DNA from: the human T2T-CHM13v2.0 reference genome, Homo sapiens
Direction: 5' to 3' (one strand)
Assembly: GCF_009914755.1 (NCBI RefSeq)
Contig: NC_060935.1
Length of the DNA: 64,000 bases
Below the pieces are notes generated by a model. The model made no database searches. It saw only the letters and a program-made list of their open reading frames with translations, and was not told the origin of the DNA. The stretch's first letter is position 1. Each line of letters begins with the position of its first letter. Shown one piece after another: positions 16,032-30,508 of this stretch. The translations under genes were made by a program, and so were the position numbers.

Positions 16032-19000
16032 TTATGTGTTAGTGGGCTCATGGGTAAGAAAATGAAAGGAATCAAGTTTGAAAATTTAGACCATTCTCTT
16101 TCAATATTGAAAAATTATGGCTATAAATTTTAGGCTAGTGAGACGACTGAAAAAAAATCAAATTCTGTTATTATAAGTATAGTGTTATTTCAGGTAAGAT
16201 ATGAGCTAGCAATCAGTTGAGTTTCTCTTCATTGATAACTAGTCTGGGATACCGAAAATGTACATAGTCGATTGCACATCTATACATATAAGGCTTTGGG
16301 GTTTTCTCTCTCCCACTTTTTATGCTTTCCACATTTGGCATAATAAAATTAAAAAAATTATAACTTAACTTTAATAACTTCTTAAACATATCTTTCTTCT
16401 CTCTCTCTCTCTGTTTTAATTGACATCCTCACTAAGTCAATAAGATTTTTAAAGTAAGGTTGCTCTACTCTTCTATACTTCAGATATATTTTTAAAATGT
16501 AGCTGGGTACTGTCAGCTCATGTTTCAACTCAGACAAACCTCATTTCTTATTGAGTCAGAGTTAAATATAAGCATAGATGTGTACAAATGTTTCTGTAAG
16601 ATGAAATAAACCAAATAGTTTGCTTACAAGTCTTTTCATTCAACATATTTTGAGCCAAATATCTTCCAAGGTAATGAAGAATACAAGCAAAATATTCTCT
16701 AGGTTTTGGGGACTCACAATCCATGTTTACCAAGTGTTACAGCACATAATAGAGTCACACACACGAGGCCATATTAGCACAGATGTGGGAAGTATTAAAC
16801 AAATGGCAACAGAAGAGGATGGGCCAAAAAAGATTCAAATAAGAGATACATGTGTCTAAAATTTTAAAGGCCTTAAAGGTTGAACTGAAGTTTTTTGAGA
16901 TAGAGAAGAGCAAGTACAGGCAGGATTCACTTGAAAGATTGGAACAATATTAGAAAACATAAGGAATTAAAACCATATCCTTACATCATAATAAAGATAG
17001 AGGTAGTTATCATTGAAGATTTCAGTGACAAAACTTGATTTTTACCCACAGAAAATATTTCGTAAGTGGATTGGAGAAGATTAGAGGCAGAGGTGAATGT
17101 ATCGCATTGACAGTTTTTGCCCAATAATTTCTCATTTGAAGTTCTTATTTGCAAAGTGGAATTGATGCAAAAGATGATTTTATTTTTTCTAGTTCTACAC
17201 AGACATTGGCATCATATTACTTCTGTGTGCTCAAATACATTGATGATTTATATGATAACTACATAATCTCATTAATAGAAATCTGTGTTCCTTTGGCAAC
17301 TTTGATTGGCTGAGGTGATCAAAAAATTCCAAATACAAAGGCTTTGGAAACCAGACTCCAACACTTAACTAAAGAGCTAATTTCTTCCTGCTGTGTCCGC
17401 ACCACGGTGGCATAAATTCTCTCCAAGGTGAGCACGCGGTCCAAATCCTCACTTTGCACATGTTGCTCTAGCCAGAAGCAGCCAAGGAGATTTTCCCTTA
17501 TGACCATTTCAAACAGAAGCATAGACAACAACATCTCATCAGGAGAACACAGTGCATTGGCCTAAAATCTCTGTAAAACATATCTTTCAGGGACTAGATC
17601 CTATGTGTTTGAATCCCACATCAACAAAGCTTTTTATTTAAATAGTCCCTGTTGGGAAAATCATTAGTGTTTGTGATCTGTTAATTATAAATATGCAGAC
17701 TACTAATGTCTCCTGTAAGGCTTCCAACACATCCTGTGAAAATTAATCATAATGGATCTTAAAAATATTTTTGTTTCTCTCTGATGGTTAATTATAGCTC
17801 CAAGGAGTCTAATAGGACTGTGCCACAATGCTTCCATTGATACTCCTTAGAATTGCAGGAAGCCAAAGTGCCAAGTTATTTAATCAGAGGTCTTCATTTG
17901 TTTGAAAAATTCCACACAATATGAGCTGCATTTTGTCACTCAGTACCTGTCTGATGAAAAGCTGTGAGCTGTTTTGTTTTTTGTGTTCCAGATAAGGATT
18001 ATTTAAAGCTCACTCCCCACCTCTTCCAGAGGTGCTCATGAATTTGCTCATTCCTTGCTCATGAATGTCCTGGTATATGGGAATAAAGTTCAGTTGGCTA
18101 TTTGGAGGTAATAAAACAAAATCATGGGGCCTATGAAAGCATTGTATGGTGTTGCAAATAAACTCTATTGATTTTACATTTTTCCATAGTAAATACTTTG
18201 CATCTTTCACATTTCAAAAGTGATTAAGTCATTCTGTCAAATCAGTTATTTTCCCCCCACTTGTTTGTATGTCTTGGGAGTTCAAGAAGTGTTGCTTCTA
18301 ATAAGTGTAGAAAAAGTAATGAACAAGGAATAGGGAGGCTGAAAATTGATAATCTTCTACATACAGGCTCTTCATCCACTCCAGGTGAAACTCTACTCTA
18401 ATTTCCATAAAAGTTTTGTAATCACTAAGCACTATGGAGAAGTAATCATGTTTGTGCAAAAAGTTAAGGACAAAGAGAGGGGTTAGGTTCTGGTTGAAAG
18501 ACTTACTAGTGAGTGAATAGCCAGGTAATTTGCCTTTTGTATATGAAACATGCCTGAATTGTATGAAATCCATGTGCCAATTCATCGTGATCTATGAGTG
18601 GGAGGGGGATTGTGGAAAGAAAATAAAGCAGCCTCATAAAAAGAAATAGTGTGTTCCTATTAGATGTCCTTCTCTTCCTTCTGGACAGAGAATGGATCAG
18701 GTTCAGTAAGATTCTTTGGACATTAAACTAGTCTCTTATTTGTTTTTTAGAATATTTAAATGGAAGGAGGTGATACAATTCAGGAAGATAAGGCTATGCA
18801 AACCCATGAGTTTTGTTTTATCTGGTAAAAAAGGCTCTGGCTTCTTTTCCTTTAGTGGCTACGTAGTCTTTGAACACATTTGACATTGAACTAAAAAAAA
18901 AAAGTATATATTATTTTACTCCACCAAGCGCTCTTAAACTCTAAACACTTTTAGTTTGAACTTTTTTAACTATAAGCATCAAGAACCAGCAAATCAATTA

Positions 19001-19345
19001 CAAATTTTTACTTCTCCAACATGTGGCCAAAGACATTATAGACTTTAGCCCTATTCTAGCATTTGCTAATTTGATATTGAAGAAAATATGACATGTTTCA
19101 TTATTTTTGTCCTTTTGAATAATTATGAAATCAATAATGACGCTTCCAAGGAGTAAAAAAAAAATGAACAAAATCAATATTTTCTTTATTATTGAAGTTT
19201 ATTTCTCGGTAGTGCTACCAGTTTTGAAAGGTGAGAAGACATGCAGACTGGTGTAAAAAGAAGTTTAATGGTAAATGAAAATAAATAGACTTTTTGGTTT
19301 ATAAAGTTAGAAAGGGAAATGTAAGAATATTTTATTTATTAGAAC

Positions 19346-20063
19346 CACACCAGTTAGAATGGCGATCATTAAAAAAGTCAGGAAACAACAGGTGTTGGAG
19401 AGGATGTGGAGAGATAGGAACACTTTTACACTGTTGGTGGGACTATAAACTAGTTCAACCATTGTGGAAGTCAGTGTGGCGATTCCTCAGGGATCTAGAA
19501 CTAGAAATACCATTTGACCCAGCCATCCCATTACTGGGTATATACCCAAAGGATTATAAATCATGCTGCTATAAAGACACATGCACACGTATGTTTATTG
19601 CAGCAATATTCACAATAGCAAAGATTTGGAACCAACCCAAATGTCCAACAATGATAGACTGGATTAAGAAAATGTGGCACATATACACCATGGAATACTG
19701 TGCAGCCATAAAAAAGGATGAGTTCATGTCCTTTGTAGGGACATGGATGAAGCTGGAAACCATCATTCTCAGCAAACTATCACAAGGACAAAAAACCAAA
19801 CACCGCATGTTCTCACTCATAGGTGGGAATTGAACAATGAGAACACTTGAACACAGGGCAGGGAACATCACACACTGGGGCCTGTTGTGGGGTCGGGGGA
19901 TGGGGGAAGGATAGCATTAGGAGATACACCTAATGTAAATGATGAGTTAATGGGTGCAGCACACCAACATGGCACATGTATACATATGTAACAAACCTGT
20001 ACATTGTGCACATGTACCCTAGAACTTAAAGTATAATAAAAAAATTAAAAATAAAAAAAGAAA
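19346..20063 (+). mobile_element. 5'-truncated L1PA (about L1PA4/5): ORF2p C-terminus, 3' UTR and poly(A)
   Basis: [23 protein letters not shown]...KHRMFSLIGGN* (stop at 19833) is the ORF2p CCHC C-terminal domain; 3' UTR ends gtaccctagaacttaaagtataata. Confidence 0.97.
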
Positions 20064-20409
20064 TCTTACCAAACTCAAATTTGCAAGAGTCAATGAAAAA
20101 TGCCCTTGAGAAAATTATTTCTCAAAAATATTAAGAAAATAATTTAATTGTTACTGTTTAAAAATTGAGGGTCTCGAAAAACAATTAAGAAATTTCTTAC
20201 TTGATTACTGATAAAAATTCTGTAAGCTTTGTTAATGTCTGCCAATAAAGTTACCTCAGTTCAAAAATAAACTTCCTGGTATAAAAAGTAGTTTTTTAGG
20301 CAATTGGAAGACAAGCCACACAGAGTTTTCAAATCCATTAATTATATAGTAACATCATCTTTGTCAGTAAAAGCAATTAAAACTACATTACTGTAACCAG
20401 TCAGAATTT

Positions 20410-20606
20410 GAAAAGCTTTGCATGTATTAACTCATTTAATACTCACAACAAACAAAACAAATAGGCCAGTACTACTTTGACTCTTATTTTACAAATATGG
20501 AAACTGAGGCACAGAGAGGTCAAGTAAATCCCAGTTTTATTCTTAGGAAGTGACAGAGCTGTGATTTGAATGCAGACAGTCTGGAAAGAGAGTCCATAAT
20601 TTCAAC
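20410..20606 (-). mobile_element. MIR
   Basis: tattaactcatttaatactcacaac and ggaaactgaggcacagagaggtcaagtaa. Confidence 0.8.
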
Positions 20607-20804
20607 CGGAATGTGTGGCATATATTTAAAAAGGTATATACCAAGATATTATAGCATTGGATATATTTTATATTTTAGTGGTGGTAATATAAATCATTTT
20701 CAACTTCTTTGTGCTTTTATGTACTTATCACATTCTCTATCATGGACACAAACAATTCTGTAATTAGAAATAAAGTATCTGGAATGTACTTTAAAAATAC
20801 TCTT

Positions 20805-20940
20805 ACTAGCTGCCTTCCTTCTCTCTTATCTTCGTATAAACTGACTAGGCTGCCTTCTTTCTCTATTATCTTCATATAAACTCACTAGACTTCATATAAG
20901 CTGACTAGGCTTCTTCATATGGCTGACTAGGCTTCTTTTT
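20805..20940. repeat. Degenerate minisatellite with units of 39, 40, 20 and 22 bp
   Basis: actag recurs at 20805, 20844, 20884, 20904 and 20926 with shared cttcatat/ctg motifs. Confidence 0.85.
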
Positions 20941-21270
20941 CTTTGTGAGATCTCTGATGTGAAAAAAAACTTTTTAAAAATAAACTTCCTGTTTCTAGAT
21001 ATGCATCCTGTCTGAATTAATGACCAACAGAATCTTGGAATATCCTTTTTCAAGGAAGTAGCTTAACAAAGCAGTCCCCCGTAAATAGCATAATTATGGT
21101 TCAGGAATCTTCTATTAGTTGAATGCAGAAAAGGACAAGCAATACATTCTGAGAGACTAAGAATGAACAAACGAGAAAGTCTGGGCCATAGGCATTTAGT
21201 GAATAAACATGAATAAAGAAAAGAATATATTTTTAAGACATACAAAGAACAAAGCCACTCTCATAAACGC

Positions 21271-21274
<4 letters not shown>

Positions 21275-21301
<27 letters not shown>
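21275..21301 (+). repeat. Poly(A)27 mononucleotide run
   Basis: Seen directly in the sequence. Confidence 0.95.
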
Positions 21302-22147
21302 TGTGGCGGACAGGGATCGGAGGATAAAGGAATGCTCAGACATGTACTATTTGTTCAAGGAGATATACTAGCCATCAAATCTCTGATTCTCCATCACAGG
21401 ACTCATGATTTTTGTAGCAATTTTGTCTGTAAGAAATATCCTTTCCTTGGATACAATGGAGGGTAGAGAATAGACGCTGTTTCCGTCTGTTGAACTAGGT
21501 AATTACAAATAAATAGGTTTCTATCCTGCAAGTGTTGGAAGTACTACTTTCTAAAGGGCCTTGGGAGGTGTTAGAAAAATTTATGTCACCAATTCCTATG
21601 AGTAATACTGATAGAACAACCAGTTGAGTGCTATAAGAATATGAGTAGGACTCATCAAATAACCTAGGGAAGCCAGGAGTGTAGGGAAACAAGATCACCA
21701 CTCAAAGTCCGTAACCAGGGCTTAGTATCAACACTTCTGTAAGTCCCAATATCAGCAGATAAAGTTTGATATCTGGCCTAGGATCAAGGTTTGGGCAGGT
21801 GACACAAGAATGATATATTGAGTGCTTCTAATTAATTTTCTCCTAAAATGGCAAATTTCCTTCCCTCTTACTCAATTCTTAGTTAGACATCATATCTTTT
21901 ACTATAGAGAACTTCTCTAAGCCAAATCTTCCCATCACTTCAGATTGTAGTGTTTTAACTGTATTTCTCATCATGATCTCCTTTCATTGGTAACAGTCAA
22001 TGACTTGCAGGCTTACAAAGCAATAACATACTCTAAAACAAGTAAAAGAACACTATACCAGGTAATAAAAAGCACAGGCAGTAATTGCCAGACATAGAAT
22101 CTTTACTTCTCCACATCCATATATGCTACCATTAGAAGGGAAGGAAA

Positions 22148-22523
<376 letters not shown>

Positions 22524-23536
22524 TTAGGTAGAAATTTTGACATAGGCAGTTTAAAAAAAGAAATCCACTTGTCCTCTTATAAAACAAGCTGTTTATTTTG
22601 AGGTAGTATTAATAATATATCCTTAATGTTCAAAAGAGACGAAATATAATTGTCAAAAATTTCAAAAGATGTAAGAACTTACTTTGTGGATTATGAAAGA
22701 CCAAGTTCTGTAATGTGTAAATTACAGAAGAATATTCAAAATCTTTTAACTAGCCCTGTAACGCTTTAAGAATTAATAGGGCCACCTCCATGTAGGAGGA
22801 AGGCAGGAACATAAAATAGTTGTAAACTGCCAAAGAGAACTAATAATTGAGGGAAAAATGTGTTCTTAGCCCCAAATGATAATACGTCTATATATTATCT
22901 ATAAGTTTACTCTGATCATAGAATGAAAATGCTTAGGTACCTAGAATGATGTTTTTCTTCAAATATTCAAGGAACTGGAGAATATGGGTGCTTTGGTATT
23001 ATACCCAGGTTTTGGGGATTTATTTATAAAAAATATGTTCACCTAAACAGTAAATTTGTCTAATTCCTATGCATGCCCTGAGTGGGAGCTTGGGCAGTAT
23101 TGGATACAAAACCATTAAAATAGATGATAGTAAGGGGATGGAACAAATGTCTCATCTCCGAAAGAGCTTAGAATTGAGCAGATGTTCAAAATAACAGGAC
23201 CATGCATTTTGTTTAGTTACATGTCAAAGTTCGTGGTGCAGGGTAAACTCTGAAGTTCATATAAATCCACCTAAGGACAGGCTTGTAGTAAAAGTAACAA
23301 ATGAGCCTAGGACAAAAAATAAAGTGAAAATACATGGGTGAAAGAGGCCACTTTAGCCAGATTCTGAAAGACATAGAGTATTTGCTTGATGGCATTAATA
23401 AGTCAGGCATGTACAACAGCAAGAATCACTAGTGCAAAGGACCAGGGTGTCTAAATGTAGTCGGTGTAGAAGGGAACAATACAAATTAAATCTGATAGCT
23501 GGTTTAGGGAAAACAAAAGAGGGCTAAGCAGAACTC

Positions 23537-23847
23537 TTTTTTTTTTTTTTTTTTTTTTTTATTTTGAGACAGAGTCTTGTTGTGTCCCACAGGCTGGAGT
23601 GCAATGGTGCGACCTTGGCTCACTGTAACCTCTGCCTCCTGGGTTCAACCGACTCTCCTGCCTCAGCCACATGAGTAACTGGGATTACAGGCATGCACCA
23701 CGATGCCTGGCTAATTTTGGTATTTTTAGTAGAGATGGAGTCTCACCCTGTTAGTCAGTCTGGTCTTGAACACCTGACCTTAAGTGAGCTGCCGTCCTCG
23801 GCCTCCCCAAGTGCTGGGTTACAGGCATGAGCCACCACGCCTAAGCC
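23537..23847 (-). mobile_element. AluS
   Basis: Antisense dimer with long T tract; TSD taagcag(a/g)act at ~23525 and ~23849. Confidence 0.9.
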
Positions 23848-24029
23848 ATAAGCAGGACTTTTGATAGACCACTATTACTATCACACGCTATAGAACTTGA
23901 GCAATATCTCTGGATAAGATGAATCATTGGAGTAGACAGTGGAGAATAATTTGGATAGTATTTCTAGATTATTTTTAGGAAAATGAGAATTTAAACAATA
24001 GTAACAACCATGGAAAGACACATGCTTAA

Positions 24030-24430
24030 GAAGGGAGATAATTAACAAATTGGAGAGAAAAAAATTTTTAAAGGATAGAGAAGGTCTGGTGAAAAATGAC
24101 TCCATAGCTCTGAACTAAGAAAGATACAGATATCTCTGATTGGGATATAAAAATAGAAATGGAGAGTATGGGGTGGGCTGGAGTAGGCAATGAGCTCAAA
24201 TGAATTTGGTTTTTGAAAGGTTAGGTGTTACTGTGGGGCATCTGAGAGAAGAGATCCTATGGCAAATTAAGGCAAGATCCTGGACAGATCTTGGGACATC
24301 TAGTTGGAGATGTACAGTTTTGGAAATCATAGGGATTTGGGTCAAAAATGAAACCATTAAAGAAGTAAATACAGAATACGAGAGTCTTAAAGACTATCTG
24401 CAGTTAGTAGGTTAGGAAAACAAGAACAAA
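24030..24430 (-). mobile_element. L2 fragment
   Basis: Weak similarity to L2 antisense (tggagatgtacagttttggaaatcatag). Confidence 0.45.
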
Positions 24431-25530
24431 AAGAGAGTATTTTATTATATAGACTACAGTGATAACTTTTATGTGGAATCAAATGTATTTCCAATTTCTC
24501 AGGACTCAAAAATCTCTACAAGATGAGTAAAGGGGGAATAAAAGGATCAAAAATTACCTTATACTGCTCTAAGAAGTTATTGTATACTTTTTTCAACATT
24601 GAGACTTTCTCTTGATCCTTTAGCTAATATTAACCTTTCCTGTAAATAAAATTTTGTAGATGGATTGCCATTTAACTTGACCACAAAGATAAATGTGTTT
24701 AAATGATGATAAGCTTTTTGGGAACAGAGACTTAGTATTTGCTGCATCTATACAAAGTATTATACAACACCACACTCCATCTACATGACAAATAACAAAT
24801 TAGAATATTAACACTGTTATTTAGCCAAATTCCCTAAAGTATGTAGGAGTAAACTCAGATTTGGAAATACTATTATTAATTATAAGATATTTTTGCCAAA
24901 AATCGCAACTAGAGGTTGAACAGTTATATTCCTATTGGGTCTATAATCTGTACTGGCAGCTCTTTGCTCCTACATAGGCAATTTTCAAGTCCCTTACTTG
25001 AAAGAGTCCCTGTTCATTAGACAAAGGGCTGGAGCAGAGGTCTGCATGTGTAAGATGCTGACTTGCAGTACACATCAAATGCACATCAACCACAAAAATT
25101 TAATGAATCACTTTCTTGCCTGCCCTTGACCTTGCCAAGAATGCTATGTGTGCACAAATCAAGAAACCTGTGAGACCATATGCTGTGGGTCAGCCTTTGA
25201 CCAGTTTTCCCCATCCAGCTGTCACTCTGAAAGCAACATCACATACACACACATTTTTTATACACAGGCAATTGTCCTGAATTTTGGCCATAGGGGAAGC
25301 TTGCTGAGAAACAGTGTTTTGGAGTTAAGTTAGTTTTCTGATTTCAAACATGGAATTTGAAAGTTATTAGTACTTTTAAAAACCATCTTTCTCCATTTAT
25401 GTTGCCTAATTTTAATATTTAAAATTATAAGTAATAGTCATGTAATAAAATCAATAACAATACTATAGATGCATAATAAAAGTATCTGTTTCTCTATTTC
25501 TAGAGGTTATCAGTATTATATGTTTCTTTT

Positions 25531-25844
<314 letters not shown>

Positions 25845-26314
25845 GTATTATAAGTTTCTTTTATATCCTTCCATAAATTTTGTATGCTTAAAAACAAATA
25901 TGGTAAAATATAATTTTTGTGAAATAAAATCACATTGTTCTCACAATTCTTCTTTGCATATAGGTAGCAACAAATCCTAGAAACTTTTGTTTACAAATAC
26001 ATATAAGCTTTCCTCAGTGTTTTTAAGTCATATGTAATATTTTACTTCATAGATGACTAGTTTTTACTTCATCAGCCCCCTACAAATAGGTTTTTTAAAT
26101 TATGCAATTTTCTGCTTATTTTTCTCATCACAAGCAATTCTCTAACCTTAATTTTTGTGTACCTTTGCATTGTTTTCTGATAATATATGTGGATATAAAT
26201 GTATCAAAACATCACATTGTACTCCATAAATATTTATAATTATTTGTCAATTAAAAAAATGAAACAAAAAATACTGGACAGAAAAGTCCTCTCTTATGTT
26301 TTATGTATAAAAAA

Positions 26315-26790
26315 ACAACATGGTAGAGTTAAAAGATCATTGACCTTGCAGTCACATTAACCTAGATTTGAATCCTAATACAGTCTCTTACTTTATTTAT
26401 TTATTATTTTTTTGAGTCAGAGTCTCACTCTGTCACCCAGGCTGGAGTGTAGTGATGCCTCCTGGGCTCAGGTGAATCTCATGCCTCAGTATCCCAAGTA
26501 GCTGGGATTGCAGGCATGCAACACCATGCCCGGCTAATTCTTGTATTTTTAGTAGAGAAGGGGTTTTGCCATGTTGGCCAGGCTGGTCTTGAATTCCTGC
26601 CTCAAGTGATTCACCTGCCTCGGCCTCCCAAAGTGCTTGGAATACAGGCATGAGCCACTACATCTGGTCGTAGTATAGTCACTTACTTTTTGATATGTCT
26701 TTGGGCACAATAACTTCTCTGATCTCAGATTTTCTCTTTGTAAAAAGATGACAAGTCCTGCACAATTAAGATTTTCAGAAGTGGAAATAT
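26315..26790 (+). mobile_element. MIR interrupted by an Alu
   Basis: cctagatttgaatcctaa...[Alu]...ttgggcacaataacttctctgatctcagattttctc. Confidence 0.6.
26394..26670 (-). mobile_element. Old Alu (J/S) with ~25-bp internal deletion
   Basis: ggagtgtagtgatgc joins directly to ctcctgggctcagg, so gatctcggctcactgcaacctccgc is missing; degenerate TSD taatacagtctcttacttt / tagtatagtcacttacttt. Confidence 0.9.
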
Positions 26791-27449
26791 ACTGGCTAGA
26801 TCATCCTTGGCTTGTATTCTTGTATTTTAACAGCCAGTATCTAGACAGTCTATTTTCAGGTAACACACATTAAAAGACAACATAAATTTTCTAAAACATG
26901 TAGCTAAGAAAAGAAGTCAGAGGAGAAAAAAAGAGGGAAAAAGAACAATGTTTTAGTACAGATATTGAAGTCAGAATTGGACTAGTTATCTAATCCTATA
27001 AATTCCTAATTAAGTGTTTTCTCAATTAATTTTGTTTAAGTTTTTTAGTTTTCTTTTTATAAGCTCTCCTTTCCCACTGATTGTGAGGGTGTCTTCACCT
27101 TACATCTGGTCCATGTGATGCAATGACTAAGAAACTATTGGCAAAGTCCTTATAAACAATTAAAAGAAGTCCTGGCAAAACATGACTATTTTGTTTCCCT
27201 GTCTGTTGTCCCTTCTAACTGGGGGAATGTTGAGGACAATGCTTATCCATGACAGCATTTATTGTTTGAGGGGGAATTCAATGGTGGCCATGGATGATAT
27301 AATACACTCTTCATCAATACCCATATTTTGTGAACATGTATGGAGACTGGATGATTACTAAGTCATTCGCCCTTTTCCGAAGTTACCTTTTTAAAATTTC
27401 AACTCACAATCACACTTTTGCATTTTTCTAACAGATGTTACCATCGTCT

Positions 27450-27605
27450 TGTATATATTGACAATGGCCTTATAAATTAGGCAAAATTAGGAATAATTAA
27501 CTCTGTATTTTGAAGGGTTGAGGAAATTAAGCTTTAGAGGCATTAGTCAATCTGCCTGTACCTTCCAACTCCAAGTTCACTGTTCTTGCCACTATACCAC
27601 ACTGA
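27450..27605 (-). mobile_element. MIR fragment
   Basis: tgaggaaattaagctttagagg and actccaagttcactgttcttgccactataccac. Confidence 0.55.
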
Positions 27606-28169
27606 ATGCCACTCTATTTTAATACAAAGATCATCTAGGCAGTGTATTTTCTTCTTCTGTGTCTTAGCTCTTTCAGAAGAAAAAAAAAGCTTTTTCAGAT
27701 ACTTTCATTGATGTCCTATTGAATATAATACAAGCTATTCTGCATAAGATATCAAACTTCTCCTTCAGTTATTCCAACCTATATGAACAGCCTCATCTCT
27801 ATTATCTGTGAGCTCCAGGACCATCACATCATAATCTTGTTCCTTAAATACATCATAAACTTCTTCACTACCTTGCCTTCCCCATTGTCTTTCCTTCAAC
27901 TTAGAGGGCTTGTTTTCAATTATTCACCCACGTTAATTATATTCCGCACTCTAAGTAAATCAGATGACAATGTCTTGACTAAGTTCTTCCTGATTTCCAT
28001 AGTCACAATGAATCACTCTCGCATAAAGAAAAACAAATGTAGATATACCTACAGTAAACTCACATATTCTTCCCTCTTATTAAAATTACTTATTTATATT
28101 TTGCTCCCTTGAGTCACTATAAGCAATTTATGAGAAAAATTTTATCTATTTTCCACAGGAATCAAGCAT

Positions 28170-28497
28170 GCACCTGGGTATATTTGCCATTCCCTCCAGC
28201 TGGTGTGCCCTTCCTCACTATTCTAACCAATATTCAAGGCACACCTTTATACCACCTTCTATATGAAACCTTTTCTGAATCTCTTTAGGAGGACCTACAT
28301 CATTCTCTTTTGAACTCCAATACCACTTTATAGCAATTACTTCTTTCTTATGTTACAGTGGTTTAAGTGTATTTTTATTCCTCCAAAAGATTTTTACCCC
28401 CATGTGGGCATGGACTGCACCTATTTTGTTTACCACTGTATGCTGTATCCTTTGAGTTCAATGCATAGGATGTGCTCAAACAACATTTGTTGTATAT
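28170..28497 (+). mobile_element. L2 3' end
   Basis: atgaaaccttttctgaatc; terminal cataggatgtgctcaaacaacatttgttg. Confidence 0.55.
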
Positions 28498-29519
28498 ATA
28501 GAGAAATGTATAATCTTCTTGTTAATACCATCTATGTTTATATCTAATAATTTTTTAATCTCTCACAGTTACTTTTAGAAAGAATTCAATAGGTATTATT
28601 TCAAAATCTATGCAATTGTCATTTTTTAGGTCACAAACAGTTGAGTACCAGAAATTTTTTTTTGACCTAAAAGTAATAGAGTAAGTGAAATGATGGCTAA
28701 ATAAATGAATGAAAACTCCCCAAAGTTACAAATCATGGCATGCCTGCATTAATCACATACATAAATATGATTTCATTTGATGGAAAGTCATTGGGAGGTC
28801 AAGAAGGGAGAATCTAAATTAAAATATGTCACTCCTTCACATGGAGAAAAATGCATTTTCGGTACATCATTTACTGCAGGGAGGACTAATACAGACTACA
28901 CATCCACCAGGCTTTTCTTCCCCAACATATTCATTTTCCTCTGTGCTCACTGAAATAAAAAATACCTGTACCTGAGTAAATCAACAAGCTTGCATCTTCT
29001 TCTGTCCTTCCCTAGTGAGAATTCCAGCTACATTCCATTGTCAGAACTGTGCAAGTGCAGCCAGGCTAATCACAACTGCTGAGGCATCAGACTCCTGCAC
29101 ACATTAGGAGATGTCCTTATTGTAAAATTATATAAGACCAAAATTATCTTATGGGGTTGTTTTGACTACTGGTTTCAGTGCTTTCAAGGAAGCCAGTTTA
29201 GTTGATTTCCTGCTACACAGTGGGTATTTAATAAATGGTAATTTAAAAAAAAAACAAAACCAGTCTGGTTCACTTACACATGATTTAATATTTTCCTGGA
29301 CTGAGAACAGGGGTCCACATATACTGAATGGAGAGAAATGCTGCTGAAACCAGAGCATTTAATAAAACACCCAGAAATTGGACATAATTCTTAGGAGGTT
29401 AGAATAAGCAAAAAAAAAAAGATAAGGAAGAGGAGGATAAGGAGGAAGAAAAGAAAGAGGAAAAGAAAGCCATTATTTCTTTAACCCTTAATGTGTACCA
29501 GGAACTTTCAAAGTCCCTT

Positions 29520-30020
29520 GCATGTATTGAACATTGTAGAATAAAGTAGAGTAAACATTTCAGAATAGAAAGTAAATGAAAAGACATAGAAAATGTGAGA
29601 AAAAACAGAAATTTAAGCATTATCCCTTGAAGATAAATATCCAAATAATAGGAGTTGCCGAAACTGTGAAGAATACATATGGGAAGAAGAAACGATCAAA
29701 GTGATAACTTAATAAAAATTCCCAGAAGTAAAGTCTATTAGTTTCCAAATTTAGAGGACACTGACATTGCCCATCACAGTGGTTGAAGAAAGGCTCATAC
29801 CAAGGAACATCTTTGTGAATTTCAAATGTTGGAGCAAAAGAAAATCTTAAAAACCTTGCAAGAGAAAAGGCAATGCAAAAAGGATTCAGGATTATCATGG
29901 CAGTGTAATTTAATAAAATTCTATAATTAGGGTAAATGGATCACTATCTGCAAAATTCTAAAGGAAAAGGAAGATGGATTTCAACCTATGATTTGATAAC
30001 CAGGCAAGCTACCAGTTAAG
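29520..30020 (+). mobile_element. HAL1 / old L1 ORF1-like fragment
   Basis: caaggaacatctttgtgaatttca...aaaattctaaaggaaaa...tttcaacctatgatt...ccaggcaagcta matches the HAL1/L1 ORF1 3' half. Confidence 0.65.
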
Positions 30021-30029
30021 TACTTAATA

Positions 30030-30270
30030 TTTCTGTAATATTTGCTATGTGACAGGTACTGTTGAAAACAGGCTACATATATTAACATATTTAATTCATC
30101 AACAGTCCTAAGCAGTTACTATCGTTATTTTTCTTATTTCACATATGAGGAAATGGAGGCACAAAAAGATTAAGTAATGTGTCCCCAAGTCATATCAAAT
30201 GCTATATGAGAGGACCAGGGTTTACAAACCTACAAGCTTGGTCCAAACATGAGAGCCTGCCCCTTAACTG
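30030..30270 (-). mobile_element. MIR
   Basis: tatgaggaaatggaggcacaaaaagattaagtaatgtgtccccaagtcata. Confidence 0.75.
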
Positions 30271-30508
30271 AAAGTAAACAGCTAGCCAAACAAAGAAACA
30301 TGGCTTAGATCAGTTGTGATTTTTGTGCTAAACCTAAAACCCTTAACTATTATCAATTCCATTACTATGTCCCAGAAATTGGTTCAATAAAATGCATCAT
30401 CTAACTTAATCCATTGAGAATAAGGAAAAGTCTTCTCTATCTCCCAAACTTTTAAAATAATTAAAAATTGTCTATATGGTCATTTTTTTTAATATTTAAT
30501 TTTTAATT

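Noticed and set aside
19294-19833. 179-aa ORF with a CCHC motif as a host gene
   Set aside because: It is the C-terminus of L1 ORF2p in a 5'-truncated L1PA; the N-terminal residues are flank plus a frameshifted L1 piece, and the start codon is not ATG.
19321-20075. No obvious TSD around the young L1PA (possible insertion-associated deletion)
   Set aside because: A short A-rich TSD could be hidden in the tail; this cannot be judged without the empty orthologous site.
20805-20940. CRISPR-like array
   Set aside because: Eukaryotic context, no unique spacers and no cas genes; it is a degenerate tandem repeat.
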